DNA from: a virus
Lineage: Duplodnaviria > Caudoviricetes
Length of the DNA stretch: 26,263 nt
Reading direction: 5' to 3' (one strand)
Virus record (IMG/VR): IMGVR_UViG_3300037202_000041
Coordinates: 1-26,263 of that record
The stretch's first letter is position 1. Each line of letters starts with the position of its first letter. The notes under the pieces are model-generated. The model searched no databases, was not told where the DNA came from, and was given only the letters and a program-made list of their open reading frames with translations. Below are positions 16,257 to 25,435 of this stretch, in pieces. A program made the position numbers and the translations under genes.

Positions 16257-18086
16257 TTAGCTCCACGGACCGCCGACCATCGGCATGCTGTGCTCGACCC
16301 TCGGCGGCGACGCGCTGGCCGCGCCCGTCGCCACTGCGCTTGCCGTGGTACCCTGCGGCGCGCCATGCAGATGCACGTCCACCTGGACGTGTCCATTCGG
16401 CGCGGCAGCAGCGGCGGCCGTGTTCGCAGCGAGTGCCGTATCGAACGTGGACAGCGACTGATTCGACTGAGACCCGCCGGGCAGCGACGGCCAGATCGAA
16501 CCGAGCGCGGACGCGATCTGCATCTGGTGGTTGCCCGCCTTCAAGTCGTCTTCAAGGTCGCGGCCAGTCCGCGCGCGATACGCGGTCGTTGCGAGATACC
16601 ACGCCCCCTTGTCCTGACTGTCCGGACTGAAATCGGTCAGCCCGGCAGCATTGGCGACGGACCGCCACGTACCGGAAATGAACTGATATTTGCCCGCCGC
16701 CGTGCTGGTGCCGCCCGGCGCGATGCCTTCGGGAAACTGCGAATAATCACTGAACCGGGTCCTGCTGTTATCGTTGGTCGGCGACCATCCGTTCTTGATG
16801 TCATACCGGCCGTGGGACTCCGGGCCGGCGAGGGTTTCCAGGAACCCTCGCTTGGTGGGGTCCATCGACAGATCGACATTCGACTTGCGCGACCCGCCGC
16901 TAAGCCAGTGCCACGCGCGCTCATACCAAGGCGGCCGGTAATCGTCCGACGACGGCGCCGGGTTGAACGGTGAGCCGACCGGCGCAAAGGGAATGCTGAC
17001 ACCGCCCGGAGTGAAGATCGTCCTGGTATCGTCAAACGTCTTCGCGGGTGGGAGTTGGTTCGCCAGGTAGCCGATTCCGGCTGACACCGCCAACAACTCA
17101 GTCGGTCCAAGCAGGCCGAGCGCGCGCAGTATCCACACCGCCGGCTTGATCGCCGACAGCGCAGCGACCGCGCCGATCACCGCGCCGGCATTGGTCCCGT
17201 AGGAATCTGCGAGGGCTTGGTTCCGCTCGATCCAGTGCGACGTGGTGTCGAGAACCTTGGTCGCGGTGCCCGACCAACTATCAACGATGCGGTTGCCGAC
17301 GCCCTCGATCGCGAGGCCGAGTTCGGCCCAGGACGAATTCATTTTCTTCGCGTTGGCTGCCATCTCGGCAGTCATCACGCCGCCGGTTTCCCGCGCCCGG
17401 GCCACGAACGCATCGAGGCCCGCCTGCCCTTTCTCCAGCAGCGGCAGCAGGTCCTTATCCACGCCGACAGCGGCGAGCGCCCGGCCGGCCGTCGCCTTGT
17501 CGGTATAGGTTGACGCTTTGTTCGCCAGCTTGCCGAGGGCATCCTCAGTCTTCGTGATGTTGCCTTGTTCGTCGCGCCAGTCGATGCCCAGCGCCTTCAA
17601 GTTCATCTGCGCCGTCGCGTCGCGATTATAGAACGCGGCGTGCAACGTTTCGGACAGCCCTTTCAGGCTGCTGTCCATCGCGTCGGCCGAGCTGCCGGCC
17701 AGCCGCGCGGCACCACGCAACGCACTCAGCCGATCGACCGGCGTGTTCAGCAGGTTCGCGGTCTTGCTGATCGAATTGCCCGCGTCGGCCCACCTCCGGC
17801 TCAGCTCGACCATCCCACCGAGGCTCGCGGCCGAGGTAATCCCGACCATCGGGCCGGCCAGACGTTCCACCGCCCGCGCCGCGCCGAGCGCGCGATCGCC
17901 GAGCGTCTGCATGCCCTCGGCAGCCCGGTTGATGCCGGTAACATCGCCGAATTTCGCCAGGCTCTTGTTGAACCGATCCGCTGGCGCGGTCAGCGCGGCG
18001 ATGCGCTTGTTGATCGCATCGAGGCCAGCACTCGCGGCGTCGTTGATGCCGACGCCGATCGCGAACCCGGCTGACTTACCCGCCAC
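16257..18086 (-). CDS. Tail tape-measure protein with a C-terminal lambda-R-like lysozyme/transglycosylase domain
   Basis: Ala-rich helical N-terminal region; then PES..RYD...STAAGKYQFISGTW...LTDFSPDSQDKGAW...WPSLPGG. Confidence 0.88.
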   Translation of the reverse strand: MAGKSAGFAIGVGINDAASAGLDAINKRIAALTAPADRFNKSLAKFGDVTGINRAAEGMQTLGDRALGAARAVERLAGPMVGITSAASLGGMVELSRRWADAGNSISKTANLLNTPVDRLSALRGAARLAGSSADAMDSSLKGLSETLHAAFYNRDATAQMNLKALGIDWRDEQGNITKTEDALGKLANKASTYTDKATAGRALAAVGVDKDLLPLLEKGQAGLDAFVARARETGGVMTAEMAANAKKMNSSWAELGLAIEGVGNRIVDSWSGTATKVLDTTSHWIERNQALADSYGTNAGAVIGAVAALSAIKPAVWILRALGLLGPTELLAVSAGIGYLANQLPPAKTFDDTRTIFTPGGVSIPFAPVGSPFNPAPSSDDYRPPWYERAWHWLSGGSRKSNVDLSMDPTKRGFLETLAGPESHGRYDIKNGWSPTNDNSRTRFSDYSQFPEGIAPGGTSTAAGKYQFISGTWRSVANAAGLTDFSPDSQDKGAWYLATTAYRARTGRDLEDDLKAGNHQMQIASALGSIWPSLPGGSQSNQSLSTFDTALAANTAAAAAAPNGHVQVDVHLHGAPQGTTASAVATGAASASPPRVEHSMPMVGGPWS

Positions 18087-18357
18087 GTTCGCGCTCCGTG
18101 ATTCGAGGCATCAGGCTCGCCCAGCGCAGCAGCGCCGAAAGCGGCAGGGCCAACGCCCACCGCAGGCCGTCGCCATAGAAGCGACCGACTTTCGCCGCGT
18201 GGATCTCCAGTTCGCCCGACCGGGCGAGCAGGATCAGGAGGCCGGCGCCGCTGCTGCCGCCAGCGCGGCGGCGGCCTTCGCCGCTTGCTCGGCCGCCAAA
18301 GCCTCGGCTGCGGCCTCGGCCAGCACGGCCTTGCGCCGCGCGGCCCGCCAGCTCTCC
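18076..18357 (-). CDS. Frameshift-encoded C-terminal part of tail assembly chaperone GT
   Basis: The -1 frame is open from the slippery site to a stop at 18076; ends ...AKVGRFYGDGLRWALALPLSALLRW, like GpE'/T segments. Confidence 0.7.
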   Translation of the reverse strand, partial: GELAGRAAQGRAGRGRSRGFGGRASGEGRRRAGGSSGAGLLILLARSGELEIHAAKVGRFYGDGLRWALALPLSALLRWASLMPRITERERGG

Positions 18358-18650
18358 AAAGGGTCGGGGGCTGGCGCGCCCACGAACTCCTCCAGGTAAT
18401 CCGCGATCTGCTGGTTGAACCAATGCGGCTGCACTTTCAGCACGTCGTACGGCACATGCTCGGCCGAAGCCGACTCCAGCATGCGCAGGGTCACGTCGAG
18501 GCCGCTCGCGCCGTGAACGGCGGTCGCCTTCAACACGTCCTCGGAGGTCGGCGCACCAACGGTCAGCGTCGTGTATTGCAGCCCGCCGCTCATCTGCGGC
18601 TTCGGCAGCGTCCAGACGATCGGCTCCGGCACCGGCACCCATTCGCTCAT
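18234..18650 (-). CDS. Tail assembly chaperone G (Mu gp41-like)
   Basis: Located between tube and tape-measure genes; WTLPKP...LTVGAPT..DV; ATGA overlap with the tube gene. Confidence 0.8.
   Translation of the reverse strand: MSEWVPVPEPIVWTLPKPQMSGGLQYTTLTVGAPTSEDVLKATAVHGASGLDVTLRMLESASAEHVPYDVLKVQPHWFNQQIADYLEEFVGAPAPDPLESWRAARRKAVLAEAAAEALAAEQAAKAAAALAAAAAPAS
18357..18363 (-). other. -1 ribosomal frameshift slippery heptamer C CCT TTG
   Basis: X XXY YYZ pattern in phase with the G reading frame (..GAC CCT TTG GAG..). Confidence 0.75.
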
Positions 18651-19051
18651 GATCTTGCCCCAATTTCCATGATGGTTCCGGCCACCCCTTCAAACCGGAA
18701 ATCGAAACCCGCGTCGGCACCGTTCACACCGGGGCGGCCGACATACCAAAGGTTGTGCCCGACGATCTGCTTGCCGTTGGCAAGCAGGAACACCACCGTC
18801 GCATTGCTCAGCCCGGTGAATGACGTGACACTATTGGAACCGGTGTCGCGGAACTTACCGGAGATGTAGGGCGCGACCGGCTTCTGGTCGTAACCATCAA
18901 CGCCCGACAGGCTCGCCATCGTCGTGTTCTCGACGTTTGCCGGGTCCCAGATGAATTCAATGACAGAGATCGCGCTGCCGTTGACGCTCGCCGCGGTGAT
19001 GCCGGCAAGCCGACGATTGGTCGGCGTGCTCGGCGCCAGAGTTCCTGACAT
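18647..19051 (-). CDS. Tail tube protein (Mu gpM-like)
   Basis: RRLAGI, SLSGVDGY, PYISG, NATVVFLLANGK, FRFEG; follows the sheath gene. Confidence 0.9.
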   Translation of the reverse strand: MSGTLAPSTPTNRRLAGITAASVNGSAISVIEFIWDPANVENTTMASLSGVDGYDQKPVAPYISGKFRDTGSNSVTSFTGLSNATVVFLLANGKQIVGHNLWYVGRPGVNGADAGFDFRFEGVAGTIMEIGARS

Positions 19052-19061
19052 GGCTCAGCCC

Positions 19062-20561
19062 CTATGTGCTCTGCTGGAATTGGATGAGCAGGCCGACGTT
19101 GATGACCTGATCGCTGAAATCGAGCGGCAGATACATCAGGACCTGCCCCTTCGTTCCCGGGCCGGCCGTCGCGTTTTGTGCGAAGGTCCGCACGTTCTGC
19201 ACGATGAAGATGCTCGCGAGATAGGCATAGACCGCGACCACCGCGCCAAGCATCGCGTTTGGCGTGGTGGCGGGCGACCCAGGCGGGATCAGGGTTCCGT
19301 TGCTCACCAGGATTTTGCCCGGAACGATGAACTGGCTGGTGATCTGGGTCGCGATGTAGCGGGCCGCGTACATCGCCTGGAACATGATGTTCGTGTTCAG
19401 ATACGAATTGTCCGGCTGGCCGCTGGCATTGCTCTGATAGGTGGTGATCGAGCGGTCGATCCGGCAGACCCCGGCTGCATCGACCGTGAAGGTGCTCATG
19501 CCGTCGAACAGCAGGGTGTTGCGCTCGCCGGGAGTATCCTGCGAGGCGATCGGCGGCGGCAGCAGGTTGAGCGCCTGCGTGGCGAGGCCCTGCGCCGGGT
19601 TGACCCGCAGCCGGATGACATGCGCGGCGCACCAGTCCGACGCCTCCAGCCACGCCGGTGTCGGGCTGTCATAGAAGCCGAGGATGGTGGCGTGCTGGTC
19701 GCTGCGGCCGGTACCGAAGGTCGTTCGGGCGCTAAAGGTTCCGCGGTAGGCCGAGAAGACATGCCCGTACAGCATCGTCTCCGCCGCCCAGCGGCCGGAG
19801 GAGTCGGAGAGAAACGTCTGCAACGCATTCAGGCTGGTCGCGTCGGTGTAGGGCAGGTCGATATAGTCGAAGAGCTGGACGCCCAGGTTCGACAGCAGCG
19901 TGGTCAAGGTCGGGTTGGTCGCGCCGCTCGCAAAAGGCGTGATCGTGTAGCTCACCCCGGCCGGGATGACCTCGCCATTCTGCGCACCGCGATAGGCGAA
20001 CCGGATGTCGATGTCGTTGAGCGCGAGGCCCTTGTGCAGCGCGGTCAGATCGACCTGGTAGGCGTGCGTGCCGTCAACCGCCGCGGAGCATGCAACACCG
20101 ACCGAGGCCGCGATCGCGGCAACCGTGTTGGTCGCGATGATCGACGCGGTGTCACCGCTGTTCACCGCAACCGGAATCGACACTCCCATCAAATACAGCG
20201 GCAGCGTGCCGGCAGCGGTCGCCGGGCCGGTGAAGCTGATGCTGCCGGTCGCTGCCGTGCCGGCGCTCGCATCCGACAGCGGGCCAAGCCAGACCTCACC
20301 GAACGGGTCCATCAAGCGGTAGGCGGCATATTTCAGCGCCAGCATGGAGTTCAGACCGCACAGCAAGTTGACCTGGGTCTGGCTGTAGGCCTGCACCGCG
20401 ACGTTCGGGGTCGCCGTGCCCGAGCTGGTGATCTGGCCGATTAGCAGCGCGCGCGCATTCTGCGTCGCGGTGTTCGCCTGGCTGGGGTCGAACTCGGCGT
20501 TGACGCCGGACGGGCGCCAGTACTGCCAGGGGAAGTACTTGAAGGCGAGGCTCTCGCTCAC
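19062..20561 (-). CDS. Contractile tail sheath protein (Mu gpL-like)
   Basis: AEFDPSQANT, ALLIGQ, ERNTLLFDGMSTF, IDRSITTYQSNASGQPDNSYL; 499 aa. Confidence 0.95.
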   Translation of the reverse strand: MSESLAFKYFPWQYWRPSGVNAEFDPSQANTATQNARALLIGQITSSGTATPNVAVQAYSQTQVNLLCGLNSMLALKYAAYRLMDPFGEVWLGPLSDASAGTAATGSISFTGPATAAGTLPLYLMGVSIPVAVNSGDTASIIATNTVAAIAASVGVACSAAVDGTHAYQVDLTALHKGLALNDIDIRFAYRGAQNGEVIPAGVSYTITPFASGATNPTLTTLLSNLGVQLFDYIDLPYTDATSLNALQTFLSDSSGRWAAETMLYGHVFSAYRGTFSARTTFGTGRSDQHATILGFYDSPTPAWLEASDWCAAHVIRLRVNPAQGLATQALNLLPPPIASQDTPGERNTLLFDGMSTFTVDAAGVCRIDRSITTYQSNASGQPDNSYLNTNIMFQAMYAARYIATQITSQFIVPGKILVSNGTLIPPGSPATTPNAMLGAVVAVYAYLASIFIVQNVRTFAQNATAGPGTKGQVLMYLPLDFSDQVINVGLLIQFQQST

Positions 20562-20923
20562 GGCTTGGTCTCCGCCAAAGGTTCTTCAGGGATAGGAAGC
20601 GGCGCCGCAGCGTCATGCTCGGCCGCAGCCGGCGGGAGCGGTTCGCCGGCGGCTGGCGGCAGGTGCAATTGGAAGGCGTCGGCCGCCGCACGCGCCGCGG
20701 CCTGGTCGATCATCGGTGGAACCACGGTGACGGCCGCAGGCGGTCGAGGCGGTGGTGGGGCCGGTGGCTCAGCCAGCACCACGTCGCCATCGCGGACGCG
20801 GCGGTGCCAGAACGTTATCTCGGGCACATGCTCGCCCTGCGGCGACAACAGGCGCTTGTTCGGCCCGCGCACGATCAGGGGGAGGGCAGGATCATCCTGC
20901 CGGTGTCCCGGTTTGACGAACAT
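20558..20923 (-). CDS. DUF2635 (Mu gp38-like) protein with a Pro/Ala-rich extension
   Basis: MFVKPG...LLSPQGEHVP..FWHRRVRDGDVV; GAGG before ATG 20923. Confidence 0.85.
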   Translation of the reverse strand: MFVKPGHRQDDPALPLIVRGPNKRLLSPQGEHVPEITFWHRRVRDGDVVLAEPPAPPPPRPPAAVTVVPPMIDQAAARAAADAFQLHLPPAAGEPLPPAAAEHDAAAPLPIPEEPLAETKP

Positions 20924-20993
20924 TGTCACCTCGGAATGTAGGAACTGGCCGCTGGCGCTCAGGTCCCGCGGACTGATTCAGGGTTACGCCCGA

Positions 20994-21248
20994 TCAGGGC
21001 GCGTGATGCAGCAGCACGTTGATCAACATCGTAACGAGCGCGCCCATCAGGCCCGCGCCGGCAGCGATCACGGCAGAGTCCAGTCTCGACGTGACCTGGC
21101 TTTGACCCCGCTCCTGGTTCACCCGCTCGGACAGCGTTTCAACCGTGACGACCAGTTTTTCGACCGACCGGACGACGGTTTGCAGCAACGTTTCTGCCAC
21201 CGCCACGCGCTCGCGCACCGTGGCCTCGACGGGGCAATGCTCGGTCAT
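20994..21248 (-). CDS. Small coiled-coil protein with a C-terminal transmembrane segment (holin/XhlA-like architecture)
   Basis: Heptad-like N-terminal region; hydrophobic AVIAAGAGLMGALVTMLINVLL; GGAGAG RBS. Confidence 0.6.
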   Translation of the reverse strand: MTEHCPVEATVRERVAVAETLLQTVVRSVEKLVVTVETLSERVNQERGQSQVTSRLDSAVIAAGAGLMGALVTMLINVLLHHAP

Positions 21249-21260
21249 ATGGCTCTCCGG

Positions 21261-23345
21261 TTATGTCGGGCTGTCGCTGAGCTGGACCGGCGTGTCGGTC
21301 GCCTGCACCGGCAGGTTCCAATCCCAGCCGCTGCCGAGGTCCGCGCCGATGTCCCAGCCGGCCGGCCGCTCCACCGAAGCCGAATTGTCCGTCACCGCGT
21401 TGCCGCGATAAATCCAGGTGTTGCCGTAGGGGTAGAACAGCAGGCACCCCGAGCTGGCGGAGGTCAGCGCGGACCCAAGCGTCACCTGGAGATGCGTCGC
21501 ATCGACGCGCACACACGCCGTCGCGGTTCGGACGGTCCCCGGGCTCGCTTCATTGCCGCCATCCATCACCGCCCAGCCGACCCCGTTCACCGCTTGCAGT
21601 GGCACGATCAGATCGGTGCCGGCATCGTGCGCCACGGTGACGATGATCACCGTGTTGCTCTGCCGGTAGGCGTGCGTGATCGTCGGTCCCACGCTCGGCA
21701 CGCCGGACGGTATCGCGGTGATGCTGTCGCCGCCGCTCGACGCCAGCACCGCCCGCGCGATCGGGCCGGCCGAGACCTGGCCCAGCCGCAGGTTGTCGGT
21801 TGTGTCCAGGTGATTGTTGTCGCCCGCCGCGGTAATCAGCCCGGTGTTCGCGTCCCAGGTCGCGCCGCGCGGGTTGCTATCGGCCGTGAGAGGCATCGCA
21901 CGGAGCGCGTTCTGCGCTGCAAGCACTGACGTCGCCGGCATCTCGTTGCGGATCATCAGCATGCCGGGCGAGGACCAGAACGCGATCGGGTCCCACCAGG
22001 CCAGCGGCAGCGACGCGGCGGTGCGGCCAAGCATGGCGCGGACCCTGGCGAGGAAGTTCTGCGCGCCGGCCTGCCAGAACGCGCCCTCGCTATATTCGCG
22101 CGTGCTGTCGCTTTCGAACCACGGCCACACGATCGCCGCGATGTCCGCCAGGTCAGCAGCGGACCATTCGGCGAGATACGCCTCGACCGCGATTCCGTCC
22201 GTGCCGAGGCTCCAACCGCCCGGGTTGGAGCCGTCGCCGGGGTCCGCCAGGAAGTTGCCCGGGATGTAGATTCCGCCTGTGCCCGGCGGCTGGCGCACGT
22301 TGTAGATGCCGTGGCCGCCGATCGCCGTGTAGGCCGAGCTGCCCTGGTTGCCGATCACGCCATAGCTGGCCGCGCCGAGATGCCAGGCAAGGCCCTGCGC
22401 GCACAGGTTCCAAGCGCCATCCGACAGCGAATTGACCGCGTTGCTCTGCCCGATCACCAGGACGTTCACGCCACGCCGCGCGCCGCACAGCCAGCGCGCC
22501 GAGGCGGTAATCAGCGTAGTCACCTCCGCCGACGACAACGCCCGCTCCCAGGTGGCCGCCTCGTTGAACCAGCATTGCGCCGATCCCTGAGAGGTCGTGT
22601 CGGACAGGAAGGTGAGCGTGCCGGTGTTGCTGCTGGGCAGCGGATTCGCGACGGCGCTCGCCACCTTCACGCCATCCAGCCACGCATCCACGCCGGTCCC
22701 TTGCGTGTAGTGCAGGATGACGTTGTGCGTGTGCCGCCGCTCCATCGTGACCGACAGGACGGTCTGCGACGCGCCAGGGAACAGCACCAGGCGCCCGGCA
22801 ACAACGCTGTCCAGCGCCAGCACCACGGTCGAGGCGATGGTCAGCAACGCCACCGGATCGGCGTTGTAGCTTGTGCCGGCGCGCAGGTTCGGGCGGGTCC
22901 AGACCAGATACCGGGTCCAGGAGCTGCCCGACCCCATCGAAAGCCCGTTCACAGCGAAGCCGACGCGCGGATCGAGCAACGGCGCCAGCCCGGCGCCTGC
23001 CGGCATCGCGGTCGGGAGGCCAGCCCCGCCCAGCAGAACATTGATGCGCGGCGCGGCCTGCACTGGCAGGCTGGGCACCAGCGCACGGCTTGACCCCGAC
23101 AGGTCCGTCAGGGCGGCCACAGAGCCGCCTGACAGGCTCGCCAGCGGCACGCCGCCAGCGTTCACCATGTTGGCGGCGGCGCCCGCGTCCCACCAGCCGG
23201 AAAGGCCCGTGATGCTCCCCGGCGTCGCCGAGGTGACCGGAGGCGGCGGCAGTGGCGAGACGGTGCCGGTCAGCGGCGCGGCCAGCAATATCTGGCCGGC
23301 GCCGAGGCCCTGCGCCGCGCCGGGCTTTGCCTGGAACACGCTCAT
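21261..23345 (-). CDS. Putative virion protein: LamG/ConA-like domain plus SGNH (sialate O-acetylesterase-like) domain
   Basis: GLSGWWDA...WERALSSAE, followed by VLVIGQSNA, WPWFESDS and DNNH. Confidence 0.65.
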   Translation of the reverse strand: MSVFQAKPGAAQGLGAGQILLAAPLTGTVSPLPPPPVTSATPGSITGLSGWWDAGAAANMVNAGGVPLASLSGGSVAALTDLSGSSRALVPSLPVQAAPRINVLLGGAGLPTAMPAGAGLAPLLDPRVGFAVNGLSMGSGSSWTRYLVWTRPNLRAGTSYNADPVALLTIASTVVLALDSVVAGRLVLFPGASQTVLSVTMERRHTHNVILHYTQGTGVDAWLDGVKVASAVANPLPSSNTGTLTFLSDTTSQGSAQCWFNEAATWERALSSAEVTTLITASARWLCGARRGVNVLVIGQSNAVNSLSDGAWNLCAQGLAWHLGAASYGVIGNQGSSAYTAIGGHGIYNVRQPPGTGGIYIPGNFLADPGDGSNPGGWSLGTDGIAVEAYLAEWSAADLADIAAIVWPWFESDSTREYSEGAFWQAGAQNFLARVRAMLGRTAASLPLAWWDPIAFWSSPGMLMIRNEMPATSVLAAQNALRAMPLTADSNPRGATWDANTGLITAAGDNNHLDTTDNLRLGQVSAGPIARAVLASSGGDSITAIPSGVPSVGPTITHAYRQSNTVIIVTVAHDAGTDLIVPLQAVNGVGWAVMDGGNEASPGTVRTATACVRVDATHLQVTLGSALTSASSGCLLFYPYGNTWIYRGNAVTDNSASVERPAGWDIGADLGSGWDWNLPVQATDTPVQLSDSPT

Positions 23346-25300
23346 GTCGCCGTGACGCCCGGCGTGATCGCCGTGCCGTTCTGCATCGTCTGCCCGGTCG
23401 TCGCGATCGCGGCGAACACCGCGTCACCGCCGCTATCGTAGAAGATCATCCAGCCGTACCAGGTGCCGGCCGATGCGGGCATGTTTGCCGAGTAGGACCC
23501 GTAGACCAGCGGATTTCCGTTGTAGAGCGTCATCACCTGCAACGTCGCCGGCGGATCGACCTGCGTTGCCGACCAGCCGAAGCTCGCCGAGGCGACCGAA
23601 GAACTGACGGTGAAGGTGGCAATCGCCCCCGTCGTGCCGTGCGCCACCGGAGCGTTCGGGTAGCCGCCGGTGCCCCAATAGGTGAGCGTGCCGAGCGCCG
23701 GCCCTGGCGTGCCCGTGGTGGTCGTGCCGGAACCGCTGCCAGCCGCATTAACCCCGAACACGTTGAACTGGTACTCCAGCCCGGCGATCAGCCCCGTCAC
23801 GGTGTAGTAGGCGGTCGCAATCCCGCTCGCCGCGGTCGCCCAGTTCGCAGAGCCGTTGATGCGATATTGGATCGTGTAGGTTGCAGCCGCACCGTGCGAA
23901 CCATCGATCGCCGGCGCCGTCCACGACAGCGGCACGGTGAAGTTGGTCACCGTGCCGGCGGCAAGCGCGGTCACTGCGTTCGGACCCGCGATCGTCGTGG
24001 TGGATGCGGTCACCGTGCTTGATGACGTGCTGCCGCTGCCGGCCGAATTCGCTGCGACATAGAAATCGTAGGACGTGCCGGACGCGAGGCCGGTCACCGT
24101 GTAGCTGGTCGCGCTCGCGGCCAGGCCCGCCGTCGCCAGCGACCAGGTGCTGCCCGAGTGCAGCTTGAAATAGGCCGAGTAGCCCGAGACGGTGCCGCCG
24201 CTCCCCGGCGCACCCCAGGTCAGCGTCATCGTGCTGCTGGTTGCCTCGCTGGCCGCAAGGTTCGTCGGGGCGCCGGGCGCCGCAGTGGGCGCACCCGTCG
24301 AGGCCGTCACCGTCGATGACGCCGTGCCGCTGCCGCCGCTGTTGGTCGCGATGACCTCGAAGTCGTACGAGGTCGAGGCCGAGAGGCCGGTCACCGTGAA
24401 GGGAGATCCGCTGGCACTCGTCGTCGCCGAAGTCCATGAACCGGCGCCGGTGACCTGGTAGTTCACCGTGTAGGCCGTGGGCGTTCCGCCGCTGCCCGGC
24501 GCCGTCCAGGACAGCGTCATGGTCGAGGACGTGGCGCCGGACGCGGCCAGCCCGGTGACCTGGCCGGGGGTGGCTGGCGCCGCGCCGCCGCTGCCGGCCG
24601 AGAGCGTAGCGAAATTCACCGTGCCGCCGCTATAGGTGGCCGAGACGATGCGCGCGGATTCGCCGGTCGGCAGGACGTTCCCGGCGTTGCTGGTAGTGAT
24701 CCCCGCCCCAAGGGTCACATTCGACCCGCTCACGTTCACCACGTCGCAGACGAAGCCGCTGCCCATCGTGCCGGTCGGCGTGATCGTGATTCCTTGGCTA
24801 CAGATCAGCAGGCGATTGTTGTGCGTCGATCCGTCGAGGTTGGTGTTCGCGGTCAGCTCCACCACGGGCTGGTGATAGTCCGGCAGGTGCGACGCCATCA
24901 GCGACCAGACGGCCGCCAGGGTCTGCCGCAGCAGCACGTTGCTCCCCTGGCCGCTCGGGAAGGTGTCGGTGTCGGCGGCCGGGTTGGCCGTCGCCAACAG
25001 GTCGATCGTCTCCGGATTGAGCAGGGTCTGGAGAGTCACCGCGACGGTGCTGCCGCCCTGTCCGATCGGCACGGTGTCGGTCGAAGTCACCGACGAAACC
25101 ACGTCCAGCGCCGGCACCGACAACGCGACGGCCGCGAGCGCAGCCGCAGCAGTAGCCGAGGCCTGCGCCACGACGGAGTTCGAAAGCGCGGTGGCCGAAT
25201 TCGCCAGCGCCGTTCCTGCCGCCGTGAGAGCAGAGGCCGCGTTCGCCTGCACCGCCGCGACATCGGCCGCGAGTGCTTCGTCGCCGGCCGCGATCGTCAT
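23342..25300 (-). CDS. Fibronectin type III repeat protein (3 FN3 plus shared C-terminal domain)
   Basis: Three repeats of LSW.AP...Y...W...TVTGL....Y.F.V; Ala-rich N-terminus. Confidence 0.85.
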   Translation of the reverse strand: MTIAAGDEALAADVAAVQANAASALTAAGTALANSATALSNSVVAQASATAAAALAAVALSVPALDVVSSVTSTDTVPIGQGGSTVAVTLQTLLNPETIDLLATANPAADTDTFPSGQGSNVLLRQTLAAVWSLMASHLPDYHQPVVELTANTNLDGSTHNNRLLICSQGITITPTGTMGSGFVCDVVNVSGSNVTLGAGITTSNAGNVLPTGESARIVSATYSGGTVNFATLSAGSGGAAPATPGQVTGLAASGATSSTMTLSWTAPGSGGTPTAYTVNYQVTGAGSWTSATTSASGSPFTVTGLSASTSYDFEVIATNSGGSGTASSTVTASTGAPTAAPGAPTNLAASEATSSTMTLTWGAPGSGGTVSGYSAYFKLHSGSTWSLATAGLAASATSYTVTGLASGTSYDFYVAANSAGSGSTSSSTVTASTTTIAGPNAVTALAAGTVTNFTVPLSWTAPAIDGSHGAAATYTIQYRINGSANWATAASGIATAYYTVTGLIAGLEYQFNVFGVNAAGSGSGTTTTGTPGPALGTLTYWGTGGYPNAPVAHGTTGAIATFTVSSSVASASFGWSATQVDPPATLQVMTLYNGNPLVYGSYSANMPASAGTWYGWMIFYDSGGDAVFAAIATTGQTMQNGTAITPGVTAT

Positions 25301-25435
25301 CGTGCTAACCGCCTTTCGACGAATGACGCATCACGTTCGCTTCGCGAGTGCGGTGGACGCCAAACGGCGCCAAGGCTCGCTTCGCGAGAGGCGTGGTCCG
25401 CTTCGCGGCCCGATCGTTTGCAAGATTGCGTCATC
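25298..25435 (-). repeat. Palindromic intergenic element, copy 2 (130-nt core, 25302-25431)
   Basis: ATGACGCA/TGCGTCAT inverted repeat, three GCGAAGC mini-hairpins, flanking GATG direct repeats; colinear with 8231-8346. Confidence 0.9.

Noticed and set aside
20959-20977. tcaggtcccgcggactgat resembles one hairpin of repeat copy 1 in the opposite orientation
   Set aside because: Only an 11-nt exact match, without the element's ends; chance cannot be excluded.
12205-25300. Diversity-generating retroelement or invertible cassette acting on the tip domains
   Set aside because: No reverse transcriptase, invertase, or near-identical TR/VR pair with adenine-specific differences was seen.
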